Shown here piece by piece: positions 1-9,188 of a stretch of DNA of 64,000 bases. The notes below the pieces were generated by a model. It saw only the letters and a program-made list of their open reading frames with translations. It made no database searches and was not told the DNA's origin. The DNA is from an uncultured Bifidobacteriaceae bacterium (GTDB lineage Bacteria > Verrucomicrobiota > Verrucomicrobiia > Limisphaerales > UBA11358): NCBI GenBank assembly GCA_964536285.1, contig CAZHXG010000006.1, positions 2,303-66,302 on the forward strand. The letters are read 5' to 3'. A program made the position numbers and the translations under genes. Each line of letters opens with the position of its first letter. Position 1 is the first letter of the stretch.

Positions 1-126
1 CGCGGGCAGCAGCAGCACGGCCAGAACCGCAACGGTCGCGATGACGACGCACAACTCGATCAACGTGAAACCGTCACGATGTTGAGCAGAAATTTTATCG
101 GAAACAAACCGTCGCGGCGCATTCAT
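1..126 (-). CDS. Prepilin-type N-terminal cleavage/methylation domain protein (5' part only, runs off the window)
   Basis: Manual translation from ATG at 126: MNAPRRFVSDKISAQHRDGFTLIELCVVIATVAVLAVLLLPA. Contains the G|FTLIEL class III signal motif and a hydrophobic helix. Not in the ORF track. Confidence 0.85.
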   Translation of the reverse strand, partial: MNAPRRFVSDKISAQHRDGFTLIELCVVIATVAVLAVLLLPA

Positions 127-133
127 AAAATTT

Positions 134-3100
134 TCAAGGATTCAAAACGATCCGATAAAATCTTTTGTCCGTCGTCGGCGAAAAATCGGTGATGTAGCCG
201 GTGTCGCCGATGAAGGTGATGTCACCGGGCAAATCCTGCCAGCTCGGATCGTTCAAATCATTTTTGAACTGCACTTGATAGGTTTTTCCGGAAATCAACG
301 GCCAGCTTATCAAGGGATATTGGCCTTCCTGTCCGAATCCCCCGGCAAGGGTCAACTGCATGTAAAACGTGGAGGCTGAATTGATCGTGCCTGCGCCGCC
401 GGGAAACGAGGCGAGGTTGAGCGCAAAAAGATCGCTGCCAGTGTTGAAATCATCGCTTGCCAGATCGGAAGCCCAGCTTTGGAAGAAAAGTGTCTGGCTG
501 TCGCCGGTGAAAACCGGCTTGAGCGAACGGTCGTTCGCGGTGAAGTTGCCGGAGCCGCTCGCGCTCACAACAATTGTCGCGGCGTTCGAGCGGTCGTAAA
601 TGAACAAGTCCGCGAGGTTGTTGAAATCGTTTGACACGACATCGCTTGCAAAACTGCGGTAGGCGATGAAATTTCCGTCGGGACTGATGGACGGGGAATC
701 GGAACTGGCGCCGGCCGCGCCGGTGGAATTGAAATTCTGGCTGGCCAGCAGATTGGTTCCGGCCTGAAAATCGTAGAGATAGACGTTTTGATTTGTGCTT
801 GGAGGAATTTGCACGGCATAAACAAGGAATCGTCCGTCGCTGCTGAATTGGATTCCGTCGTGAGATGAAAAAGTTCCGCTCGCGCTAATCGTCAAGACGG
901 TATTTGAAACCAGGTCCGCAGCCATTAAACTTACCGACGAACCCAAACTCGGCAGATATGCCACTTTCTGTCCGTTTGCGCTGATGGAAAGAAGCGGAAA
1001 TGTGCCTAAAGCAAAAATGGAACTGTTGGTATAGGTCAGCGCGGCCAATTGGGAATTCCAGACGTATAATTTCGTCCCGGAAATCCCCGTTGCCGTGCCG
1101 ATAAAGACCACGGATTGGCCGTCAGGCGTCATGGAAGCCGAATTCACACCGCCGGATGTGAGCGCGTGAGTCGTGCCGGTTTGCAAATCGCGGAAAAATA
1201 AATTTTCGCCGCCGAACGAACCCGACGCCAGATTTGACGCTTTGCTATGAAATAAAACATAACGCCCGTTCGCGCTGATTTGCGGCGAAAAGGAATCGGC
1301 GTTTCCGGGATGAATCCCATCCGTGCTGATGCTGGCGAGCGTCGTCGCGCCGCTTTGCAGATCGCGGATGAAAATGTCCTGCGCCTTGTTCGTGTCGTTT
1401 GAGACCAGATCATCCGCCGAACTCGTGAACGCCACATAACGGCCTCCGGCGGAAATGGCGGGGTCGGTCGAAATGCTGTCGCCGACAACGCCGTTCGTGT
1501 TCACACTGACCAAAGTATTTGTGCCGGCGACAAGGTCGCGCACAAACACATCGCGGCATCCGTTCGCGTCATTGGGCGCAAGATTATCCGCGTCGCTGTA
1601 AAACGCGACGAACCGGCCGTTTGAACTTGTGGAAAACGACGTGAAGCCACTGATGCCATCGGGCGTCTGCGACGGCAAAGCCGGATCGTGGGCGGAAATC
1701 AAATCGGTTGCGGCGGCTGTCAAGTCACGCGCAAAGACGTCGTAATTCAGCCGCCGGTTGTCGCCGAGCAGATTTTCGGATTCAAACGTAACAACACTGC
1801 CATCGGCGCTTAAAGTCGGAGCTGTCGTTGGATTCACGCCCACGCCATTGCCATACGTGTCGGTGTCGAGCAATTGCGTGACAGCGGCTTGCATGTCACG
1901 GATATAGACGTGGTAATCACCGGTCAATGTGCCCGTGACCAGATTGGTGGCGCTGCTGACGAAGACGACGAACTGGCCGTTTGATGAGACCACGGGCGAT
2001 TCGCAAATTCCATTTGCCGGACCGAAATTGTTCAAGTTTGAGCTTACCAGCGCACTTGTGCCGGCTTGCGCATCCCAAAGATAAATGGCCGTGTTCGCTC
2101 CGGAAGCGCTGCCGACATTGGCGACGAATGCGGTGAACCGTCCGTCGGGCGTCATCGCCAAATCATGGATTTTTTCAAACGACTCAACGAACGACAACAA
2201 CGGCACATGGGCATTCGTATAAATGACGTCGGTCAAACCGGTTTGCCGACCGTAGCGCAAAATGATTCCGAGCGCGTATGAGCCGGTCGGAGAATTTGTG
2301 CATGCTTCAAACGCGACGAATTTGCCGTCGTCGCTGATGTTGTAATTGCAGGAAACGACATTTGTGCTGCCGGCCGCGGATTGAAAAATAGCGCGCGCGT
2401 TGGTGCTGGCCCAAATCGTATTTCCGGCGACCAGGTCGCGGACGTAAACTTCACCCGCCGTTGTCACGCCGGGAACGAGATTTGTGGCCGTGCTGTAAAA
2501 AGCAACGTAACGTCCGTCCGGCGTGATTTCCGGCGATTCCGAACTGCTGGCGTTGAGTGGATTCGAATTGGTGGCCGCGCCGACGCTGACCCACGTTGTT
2601 GTACCCGTTTGCAAATCGCGGACAAAAACGTCGGCGAGGTTGTTCGTGTCGCCCGCCACAAGATTGGAAGACGCGCTGGCAAACGCGACGTAACGTCCGT
2701 CCGGCGTCATCACCGAACCGCGCGAGACGCCGTTGCCGCTTGCGCCGTTGGTGCTCACGCTGACGAGCGTCGTCGTGCCGTTGACCAGATCGCGGACAAA
2801 AATGTCACTGACATTATTCGTGTCGTTGGCGACCAGATCGCTCGCACTGCTTTCGAAAAGCGCGAACTGGCCGTTCGTCGAAATTCCGGTCGGGAATGAA
2901 TCTCCGTTGCCGCCGCCGGTTCCGGCAAGATTGACGCTGACCAATGCGGGTGTGTCATTGGTGCGATCCCGAAGAAAGACATTCAGGTGGCGCGGAAGCA
3001 CGGAATTGTTGTTATTCGTCAGTGTCAGATTGTTTGCCGCGCTGGCGAAGAGCACAAAACGTCCGTTTGGGCTGATGATGGAAAGTCCGGAATCTCCATT

Positions 3101-3247
3101 GCCGCCCGCCGGCGCGGCAAAAAATGGATTGCGCGAGGAAACGAGTTGAACCGAGGCGCTGGCTGTTGAAAAGCCAGAGTATATGCTGAAGGCAATGGGA
3201 ATGATGAACACCCAATTCCAACCGTTGATTTTCACCGTGGCTTTCAT
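134..3247 (-). CDS. Large secreted TolB/PD40-like beta-propeller repeat protein with a C-terminal 'W...Y.VQ...DL...W...RFYR' domain
   Basis: 1037 aa. N-terminal signal peptide; many repeats of S.DG(R/Q)(Y/F)VAF.S.A..L...DTN...D(I/V)FVRDL..GTT.LVS; ends DKRFYRIVLNP. Confidence 0.85.
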   Translation of the reverse strand: MKATVKINGWNWVFIIPIAFSIYSGFSTASASVQLVSSRNPFFAAPAGGNGDSGLSIISPNGRFVLFASAANNLTLTNNNNSVLPRHLNVFLRDRTNDTPALVSVNLAGTGGGNGDSFPTGISTNGQFALFESSASDLVANDTNNVSDIFVRDLVNGTTTLVSVSTNGASGNGVSRGSVMTPDGRYVAFASASSNLVAGDTNNLADVFVRDLQTGTTTWVSVGAATNSNPLNASSSESPEITPDGRYVAFYSTATNLVPGVTTAGEVYVRDLVAGNTIWASTNARAIFQSAAGSTNVVSCNYNISDDGKFVAFEACTNSPTGSYALGIILRYGRQTGLTDVIYTNAHVPLLSFVESFEKIHDLAMTPDGRFTAFVANVGSASGANTAIYLWDAQAGTSALVSSNLNNFGPANGICESPVVSSNGQFVVFVSSATNLVTGTLTGDYHVYIRDMQAAVTQLLDTDTYGNGVGVNPTTAPTLSADGSVVTFESENLLGDNRRLNYDVFARDLTAAATDLISAHDPALPSQTPDGISGFTSFSTSSNGRFVAFYSDADNLAPNDANGCRDVFVRDLVAGTNTLVSVNTNGVVGDSISTDPAISAGGRYVAFTSSADDLVSNDTNKAQDIFIRDLQSGATTLASISTDGIHPGNADSFSPQISANGRYVLFHSKASNLASGSFGGENLFFRDLQTGTTHALTSGGVNSASMTPDGQSVVFIGTATGISGTKLYVWNSQLAALTYTNSSIFALGTFPLLSISANGQKVAYLPSLGSSVSLMAADLVSNTVLTISASGTFSSHDGIQFSSDGRFLVYAVQIPPSTNQNVYLYDFQAGTNLLASQNFNSTGAAGASSDSPSISPDGNFIAYRSFASDVVSNDFNNLADLFIYDRSNAATIVVSASGSGNFTANDRSLKPVFTGDSQTLFFQSWASDLASDDFNTGSDLFALNLASFPGGAGTINSASTFYMQLTLAGGFGQEGQYPLISWPLISGKTYQVQFKNDLNDPSWQDLPGDITFIGDTGYITDFSPTTDKRFYRIVLNP

Positions 3248-3280
3248 GCGTTGCCTTTTCTGAAGGGTAGCTTGACTTAA

Positions 3281-3309
3281 GTTATGTGTAAAAAAGCCGT
3301 TTTTGTCAA
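3281..3309 (-). promoter_or_regulatory. Sigma70-type promoter of the propeller gene
   Basis: Minus strand TTGACA (3309-3304), 17 bp, CATAAC (3286-3281), 33 bp upstream of the ATG. Confidence 0.55.
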
Positions 3310-3407
3310 GACAAAGCGCTGGTCTCGCGATGACGGCTTCATATTTCGCCGCCGGGAAAATTTTTACCGCAATTGAACGCTGATTTTTCGCCGCTCCGTT
3401 CTAAACA

Positions 3408-6400
3408 TCACGCCGCCGCCGGACTGATTCCACTTTGCGATGGTGCGTTCTTTTTGCCACGTTTGCGCGTGGTCCATTCGCGGAAGGATTCCATGTAGAG
3501 ATAAATCACCGGCGTGATGAAAAGCGTCAGGCATTGCGAGACGATCAATCCGCCGACGACGGTAAGACCGAGCGTGCGTCGTGATTCACCACCCGCGCCG
3601 AGTCCAAGTGCGATGGGCAATGTCGCCATGAGCGCGGCCATCGTCGTCATCATGATTGGCCGGAAGCGCAGCAAGCAGCCTTCATGAATCGCCTCGGCGG
3701 CATTTTTCCCGTGCTCGCGTTGCGCGACAATCGCGAAGTCAATCATCAAGATGGCATTTTTTTTCACGAGACCGATTAGCATGATGAGGCCGACGAAACC
3801 GTAGATGTTCAAATCCAAACCGAAGATCATCAACGTGAGCAGCGCGCCGAAACCGGCGGACGGCAGTCCGGACAAAATCGTGAGCGGATGTATGAAGCTT
3901 TCGTAGAGAATTCCGAGGATGATGTAAATGATGAGAATAGAAACGGCGAGCAATACAAGAAGTCCCGCCTGCGATGATTTGAAAACCGCCGCAGCGCCTT
4001 GAAAACTTCCGGTGATGGTCGCGGGCAGGTGCATATCAGTTTCGATTTTTTGCAATTGCCCGACGGCGGTTCCGAGCGAAACACCCGGCGCGAGGTTGAA
4101 GGAAATTGTCACCGACGGAAGTTGTCCGACGTGCGAAATGCTCGTCGGGCCGACGGTGCGCGTTAATTTTGCAACGGCGTTCAGCGGAATAAGATTGGGT
4201 GTGCCGTTGGTGCCGGTGACTGAACTGGCGATATACAGTTGCCCGAGTGCGTCAGGATCGCGTTGAAATTGTGGCTGGACCTCGAAGACGACCCAATATT
4301 CGGCCACATCGGCGTAAATCGTGGAAGCCTGCCGTTCGCCATAGGCATCGTAGAGGCCGTTTTCAATCTGCTGGGGTGTGACGCCGAGCGCGGCGGCTTT
4401 GTCACGGTCAATCTCCACGTTGACCTGCGGCGCGGCGATTTGCAGGTCGGTCGTCACGTCCTGAAAGCCGGGTTCGTGCGCGAGTTTGTCTGTCAGTATC
4501 GGAGCCCAATGAAAAAGTTCCTGCACGTCGGTGTCCTGCAGGCTGTATTGGTAAAGTCCTTTGCTCTGCATTCCACCGATTGGAATAATCGGCGGATTTC
4601 GCAGATAAACATTCAGGCCCGGCATCTGTGCAAATTTCACGCGCAATTCCTGGATGATCTGGTTCGCATTCAATTTCCGTTTGTCTTTCAAACGAAAAAA
4701 CATGCGGCCATTGTTCAGAGTTCCGCCGCCGATGACCGATACGAAACCGTCAACGTTCGGATCGGCGGCGACGATTTTCATCGCGGCAAGCTGATGTTCG
4801 CGCATAGCGTCGAACGAAATGTCCTGCCCCGCCTCGGTGGTGACGGCGATCCGGCCGGTGTCCTCGTCAGGGAAAAATCCCTTCGGAATCACGACGAACA
4901 AAAACACCGTCGCGACGAAAATCGCCAGCGACACAAACATCGTCGCGGGACGATGGCGCATGACAACTTGCAACGTGCGATCATAACGACGACGCAACCC
5001 ATCGAAAAATCGCTCGAAGAAGTTGTAGATTTTTCCATGTCTTTTCTCTTTTTCCGAATGTACGAACCGGCTGCACATCATCGGCGTCAGTGTCAGCGAA
5101 ACGAAACCGGAGACCAAAACTGCTACGACAATCGTCACGGCGAATTCATGCAACAACCGTCCAAGCAGTCCGCTCATGAACAAAATCGGAATGAAAACGG
5201 CCGAAAGCGACAGCGTCATCGAAACGATCGTGAATCCGATTTCTTTTGAGCCTTTCAGAGCGGCTTCCATTGCGGGCTCCCCGTTTTCCATGTGGCGCAC
5301 GATGTTTTCGAGCATGACGATGGCGTCGTCCACGACGAACCCGACGCATAACGTGAGCGCCATAAGCGAAAGATTGTCGAGGCTGTAATTGAGCAGGGCC
5401 ATGGCAGCGAATGTGCCGATGATGGACATCGGCAGCGCGAGGCTGGGAATCATTGTCGCCGACAGATTTCGCAGGAAAATAAAAATGACCATGATGACGA
5501 GGCACACAGCCAGGAATAAAGTGTGTTCCACGTCCGAAACCGATTTGCGGATGGTCAGCGAACGGTCAATGAGAATGTCCAGGTTCACCGATGCCGGAAT
5601 CGCGGCGCGGAATTGTGGCAGCAATTTTTTGATGTTGTCCACCACTTCAACCGTGTTCGCGCCCGGCTGGCGTTGGACGGCCAGCACGACGGCGCGTTGA
5701 TTATTATACCAGGCTATACTTTTGTCGTTTTGTACGCTGTCGAGAACATTGCCCAACTGTTGCAGCCGAACCGGATTGCCGTTGCGATAGGCGACAATCA
5801 TCGGACGAAAATCCGCCGCTACGTTGAGCTGACCATTCGCCTGAACGGTAAACGCCTGATGTTTTCCATAAAGCGTTCCGAGCGGCTGGTTCACGTTGCC
5901 CGCCTCGACCGCCTGCTCGACTTGGTCAATGCCGAGTCCATAGGCCGCAAGTTTGTTCGGGTCAACCTGAATACGCACGGCATAAGGCTGCGCACCGAAC
6001 ACGCCGACCTGCGCGACGCCGTTGACCTGCGAAATCTGTTCCGCCAGCAGATTCTCGGCGTAATTGTCCACGTCCGACATCGGCAGCGTCGGCGACGACA
6101 TCGCCAGAAAAATGATCGGTGAATCCGCCGGATTGACTTTCTGATAAGTCGGTGGCGTCGGCATGTTTGGCGGCAACTGTCGGCTCGCCTTTGAAATCGC
6201 CGACTGCACGTCTTGCGCCGCCGAGTCAATGTTGCGGTCAAGCGAAAATTGAATCGTGATTGACGCCGAGCCGACTGAGCTGACCGACGACATTGAATCC
6301 ACGCCGGCGATCGTGGAAAATTGTTTCTCCAACGGCGTCGCAACGGCTGAAGCCATCGTTTCGGGACTCGCGCCGGGCAGACTCGCAGAGACCTGTATCG

Positions 6401-6530
6401 TCGGATAATCCACGCTCGGCAAATCGCTGACGGGCAATTGGCGGAAACCGACAAGGCCGAACAATAAAATGGCCGCCATGACCAGCGTGGTCATTACCGG
6501 CCGGCGGATGAACAGTTCAGGAACGCTCAT
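3408..6530 (-). CDS. RND efflux permease, AcrB/MdtB-MdtC type
   Basis: 1040 aa. Starts FIRRPVMTTL; has GFVVDDAIVMLENI and GLVKKNAILMIDFA proton-relay motifs; two-repeat topology. Confidence 0.95.
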   Translation of the reverse strand: MSVPELFIRRPVMTTLVMAAILLFGLVGFRQLPVSDLPSVDYPTIQVSASLPGASPETMASAVATPLEKQFSTIAGVDSMSSVSSVGSASITIQFSLDRNIDSAAQDVQSAISKASRQLPPNMPTPPTYQKVNPADSPIIFLAMSSPTLPMSDVDNYAENLLAEQISQVNGVAQVGVFGAQPYAVRIQVDPNKLAAYGLGIDQVEQAVEAGNVNQPLGTLYGKHQAFTVQANGQLNVAADFRPMIVAYRNGNPVRLQQLGNVLDSVQNDKSIAWYNNQRAVVLAVQRQPGANTVEVVDNIKKLLPQFRAAIPASVNLDILIDRSLTIRKSVSDVEHTLFLAVCLVIMVIFIFLRNLSATMIPSLALPMSIIGTFAAMALLNYSLDNLSLMALTLCVGFVVDDAIVMLENIVRHMENGEPAMEAALKGSKEIGFTIVSMTLSLSAVFIPILFMSGLLGRLLHEFAVTIVVAVLVSGFVSLTLTPMMCSRFVHSEKEKRHGKIYNFFERFFDGLRRRYDRTLQVVMRHRPATMFVSLAIFVATVFLFVVIPKGFFPDEDTGRIAVTTEAGQDISFDAMREHQLAAMKIVAADPNVDGFVSVIGGGTLNNGRMFFRLKDKRKLNANQIIQELRVKFAQMPGLNVYLRNPPIIPIGGMQSKGLYQYSLQDTDVQELFHWAPILTDKLAHEPGFQDVTTDLQIAAPQVNVEIDRDKAAALGVTPQQIENGLYDAYGERQASTIYADVAEYWVVFEVQPQFQRDPDALGQLYIASSVTGTNGTPNLIPLNAVAKLTRTVGPTSISHVGQLPSVTISFNLAPGVSLGTAVGQLQKIETDMHLPATITGSFQGAAAVFKSSQAGLLVLLAVSILIIYIILGILYESFIHPLTILSGLPSAGFGALLTLMIFGLDLNIYGFVGLIMLIGLVKKNAILMIDFAIVAQREHGKNAAEAIHEGCLLRFRPIMMTTMAALMATLPIALGLGAGGESRRTLGLTVVGGLIVSQCLTLFITPVIYLYMESFREWTTRKRGKKNAPSQSGISPAAA

Positions 6531-7621
6531 GGCGCGTTGGTAGGCGAAATCACTGCAGGATCATTCGGACTTTTAACACTCACTTTCACGCCGGGCGCAA
6601 GACGCAGTTGGCCGTCCGTCACCACCGTTTCACCAGCTTTCAATCCTTTTTCCACAACCGTTTCATTTTGATATGTGATGCCAGTGGTCACCGGACGTTC
6701 TTCAACAGTTTGATCCGCTTTCACGACGTAGATGAACTGGCCGTTCTGTCCCGTCTGCACCGCTTGCGACGGTACGATGACTGCATCCGTCAATTCCGAA
6801 AGCGTCAAAATCACATTCACAAATTGCCCCGGCCAGAGTACGCCGTCTTCGTTCGGAAACGTCGCCTTGAGCAGTATTGTTCCCGTTGTTTGATCCACGG
6901 CGTTGTCCACGAAAGTCAAATCACCTTGCGGCGGCGGCACGGTCATGTTTTGAAAAGTGACCGAGGCTTTCAACGTTCTTTCGCGTCTCTGTTTTTGAAT
7001 TTCCGGCAGATATTGTTCCGGCACGGCGAACTCGACGTAAATCGGATGAATCTGATTGACTGTCAACAGCGTGTCATCGGGGGCTTTGACGACATTACCT
7101 TCGTGAAATTGCAAGCCGCCCGTGACGCCGTCGAACGGCGCACGGATTTCGGTGAAACTCAAATTCAATTCGTCAGATTGCACGGTTGCCGCCAGCGTAT
7201 CCCTGTTGGCCTTGCTTGTGTCGAATTGATCCTGTGATTCAATTTTTTGTTCGAAGAGTTTTTGATCACGGTTGAATTGTATTTCCGCATTGTCCAATTG
7301 CGCTTTGTCGCGCGCCAAAGCCGCTTGCGATGGACGCGGGTCAATAGTGAGAAGCAATTCATTCGATTTCACCTCCGAGCCTTCCTTGAAATGCACCGCG
7401 CTGATGATGCCGCCGATTTGCGAGTGAACCGTCACCGTTTGCACCGGCATCACATGGCCGACCGGCGGTGGGTCGATCTGTACCGGCACATTCGTCGTGA
7501 TGGATTTGACAACCGTCACCGGCACGCCCGCCGGCGCGGCCTGCTTTTTGTTGGAGCAACCGCAAACCAAAAAAACAGTGACGAGCACGCTCGCAACTGA
7601 AATGAGGGCAAATTTTTTCAC
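6527..7621 (-). CDS. RND membrane fusion protein, MdtA-like lipoprotein
   Basis: 364 aa. Lipobox-like VCGC; IRAPFDGVTG, VDQTTGTILLKATFPN and LWPGQFV motifs; stop overlaps the permease start. Confidence 0.93.
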   Translation of the reverse strand: MKKFALISVASVLVTVFLVCGCSNKKQAAPAGVPVTVVKSITTNVPVQIDPPPVGHVMPVQTVTVHSQIGGIISAVHFKEGSEVKSNELLLTIDPRPSQAALARDKAQLDNAEIQFNRDQKLFEQKIESQDQFDTSKANRDTLAATVQSDELNLSFTEIRAPFDGVTGGLQFHEGNVVKAPDDTLLTVNQIHPIYVEFAVPEQYLPEIQKQRRERTLKASVTFQNMTVPPPQGDLTFVDNAVDQTTGTILLKATFPNEDGVLWPGQFVNVILTLSELTDAVIVPSQAVQTGQNGQFIYVVKADQTVEERPVTTGITYQNETVVEKGLKAGETVVTDGQLRLAPGVKVSVKSPNDPAVISPTNAP

Positions 7622-7632
7622 GCGTCTTTTCT

Positions 7633-8280
7633 TTATTTGGCAAAACTTATTTTCACAGTCTGTGCTTCGGCTGGCCGGAACGCCACTGCGAACTTTTTCA
7701 AAAACTCCATGCGTTCGCGCTGGAATTTCGGGTCAAAAACCGATTTGCCCACGATCAATTTCGTCAATTGCGGAAACGCCACCGGGAACATCGTAAGCGA
7801 CCGCATCGCCAACATCACGTGGCGCGGATCGAACTCGGCGGAAATCTGCCCTCGCGCCTGCCGCTGCCGGATTCGTCCCAGCCCGCGCGTCACCGCTGCG
7901 CGCCGCTCTTTTTCGTCAATCACCCTTTGGCCGTCGTTTTGCAACGCTTCCCATTCGAGCATGCGAACCCAGTCCGCGTCCTTGCACGCCGCCTCGAACC
8001 AAAATGACAGGCTTTCCGCCGGATCTCCCGACAAGTTTTCGGCCCATGCCTGCCGCTCGGAAATTTTCCGGCGCAAAACCGCTTTGAACAAACCTTCCTT
8101 GTCGCCGAAATAATGGTAAAGCATCCGTTTGTTGATGGACGCGCGGCCGGCGATCGAGTCCACGCGCGCGCCGGCAAAACCTTTAGCAGCGAATTCCTTC
8201 AGCGCCGTGGACAAAATGCGTTCCCGCGTGCGTTCGGGATTCCGCGTTGTTTTCGCGTCGGTTTTAGTCGGCCCGGCCAT
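7633..8280 (-). CDS. TetR/AcrR family transcriptional regulator
   Basis: 215 aa. RERILSTALKEFAAKGFAGARVDSIA...KRMLYHYFGDKEGLF helix-turn-helix; first gene of the efflux operon. Confidence 0.93.
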   Translation of the reverse strand: MAGPTKTDAKTTRNPERTRERILSTALKEFAAKGFAGARVDSIAGRASINKRMLYHYFGDKEGLFKAVLRRKISERQAWAENLSGDPAESLSFWFEAACKDADWVRMLEWEALQNDGQRVIDEKERRAAVTRGLGRIRQRQARGQISAEFDPRHVMLAMRSLTMFPVAFPQLTKLIVGKSVFDPKFQRERMEFLKKFAVAFRPAEAQTVKISFAK

Positions 8281-8291
8281 ATGTTTGCTTA

Positions 8292-8313
8292 TAAGTAACC
8301 ATCAAGTTACTTA
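8292..8313. promoter_or_regulatory. Candidate TetR operator
   Basis: Perfect inverted repeat TAAGTAAC-N6-GTTACTTA, 11 bp upstream of the tetR start. Confidence 0.7.
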
Positions 8314-8338
8314 AAGCGCCAGCTTTATTTTTGCCGGT

Positions 8339-9175
8339 TTACCGGGGAGGGTTTGGTGGCGGCTGTTGGTCCGGGTTTTTGAGTTCCTGGATCTCCTGGA
8401 TCATCTTTGAAGCGGCTTCCTTTGAAAGTCCGTGCGAGACAAAAAGTCCGAACCGGCGTTGAAGATATTCGTCCAGACGTATCCACTGGCCTTCATATTT
8501 CACCTGGCCGGTCCACGCGCAGACGGTGACGACCTTCTGCAATTTTTCCAGACGCAACACGATGAGCACGATGAATATCAACGCCAGTGCGACTGTCCCG
8601 ATGAGAACAACCGATGTGATCTGGCTGGAAATGGTGTCGCTTTCGGCGCGTTGCTGGCTGTTGTTCAGCAAAAATTCCTCGGCTTGTCCCATCTCGAACA
8701 ACACATGTCCGATTTCATTCATGGTGTTTTTGCCTTGGTCGGTCAAAGCGATGGCCAGTTCGTTATGCAGATTGGTCTTTCCGTCAGACATCATGTTTGG
8801 ATCAATGCGCAGCCGGTCTGAAATAAGGCTTTGCAGTTCCAGAAGATTGGTCTGCTGATCCGCTTTGTCATAGGCGAGGTTTCCGAGTTCCTGAATGTCG
8901 CTGCGCACGGATGACATGGCTTTTCCGTAGGCGTTGAGATATTCGTCGCTGGCGGTCAGCAAATAACCGCGCCGTTCGGTTTCTGCGTCCAGAAGATGCA
9001 ACTGGGTTTGCTGGACAAGATTCAAAACTTTGTAGGTGTGCGCGACTTGAGAAAACGAATCTTTGAACTGCCCGCCGGTCTGATGGACAATCCAGCCGAT
9101 CACCACCAGCGCGAACATCGGCAGTGACAACCCCAGCCAGAAAAGTATCCTGTTAGTGTGCTGTATAAGCTTCAT
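8339..9175 (-). CDS. CHASE3 sensor membrane protein with a short C-terminal domain and no kinase
   Basis: 278 aa. TM, CHASE3 (VAHTYKVL...LLDAETERRGYLLT), TM, then VCAWTGQV...SHGLS tail. Confidence 0.8.
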   Translation of the reverse strand: MKLIQHTNRILFWLGLSLPMFALVVIGWIVHQTGGQFKDSFSQVAHTYKVLNLVQQTQLHLLDAETERRGYLLTASDEYLNAYGKAMSSVRSDIQELGNLAYDKADQQTNLLELQSLISDRLRIDPNMMSDGKTNLHNELAIALTDQGKNTMNEIGHVLFEMGQAEEFLLNNSQQRAESDTISSQITSVVLIGTVALALIFIVLIVLRLEKLQKVVTVCAWTGQVKYEGQWIRLDEYLQRRFGLFVSHGLSKEAASKMIQEIQELKNPDQQPPPNPPR

Positions 9176-9188
9176 ACTGTCCCCCGGT

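Noticed and set aside
134-3247. Periodic DNA repeats suggesting a CRISPR or tandem array
   Set aside because: These are degenerate coding repeats of propeller blades; there is no fixed repeat with unique spacers.
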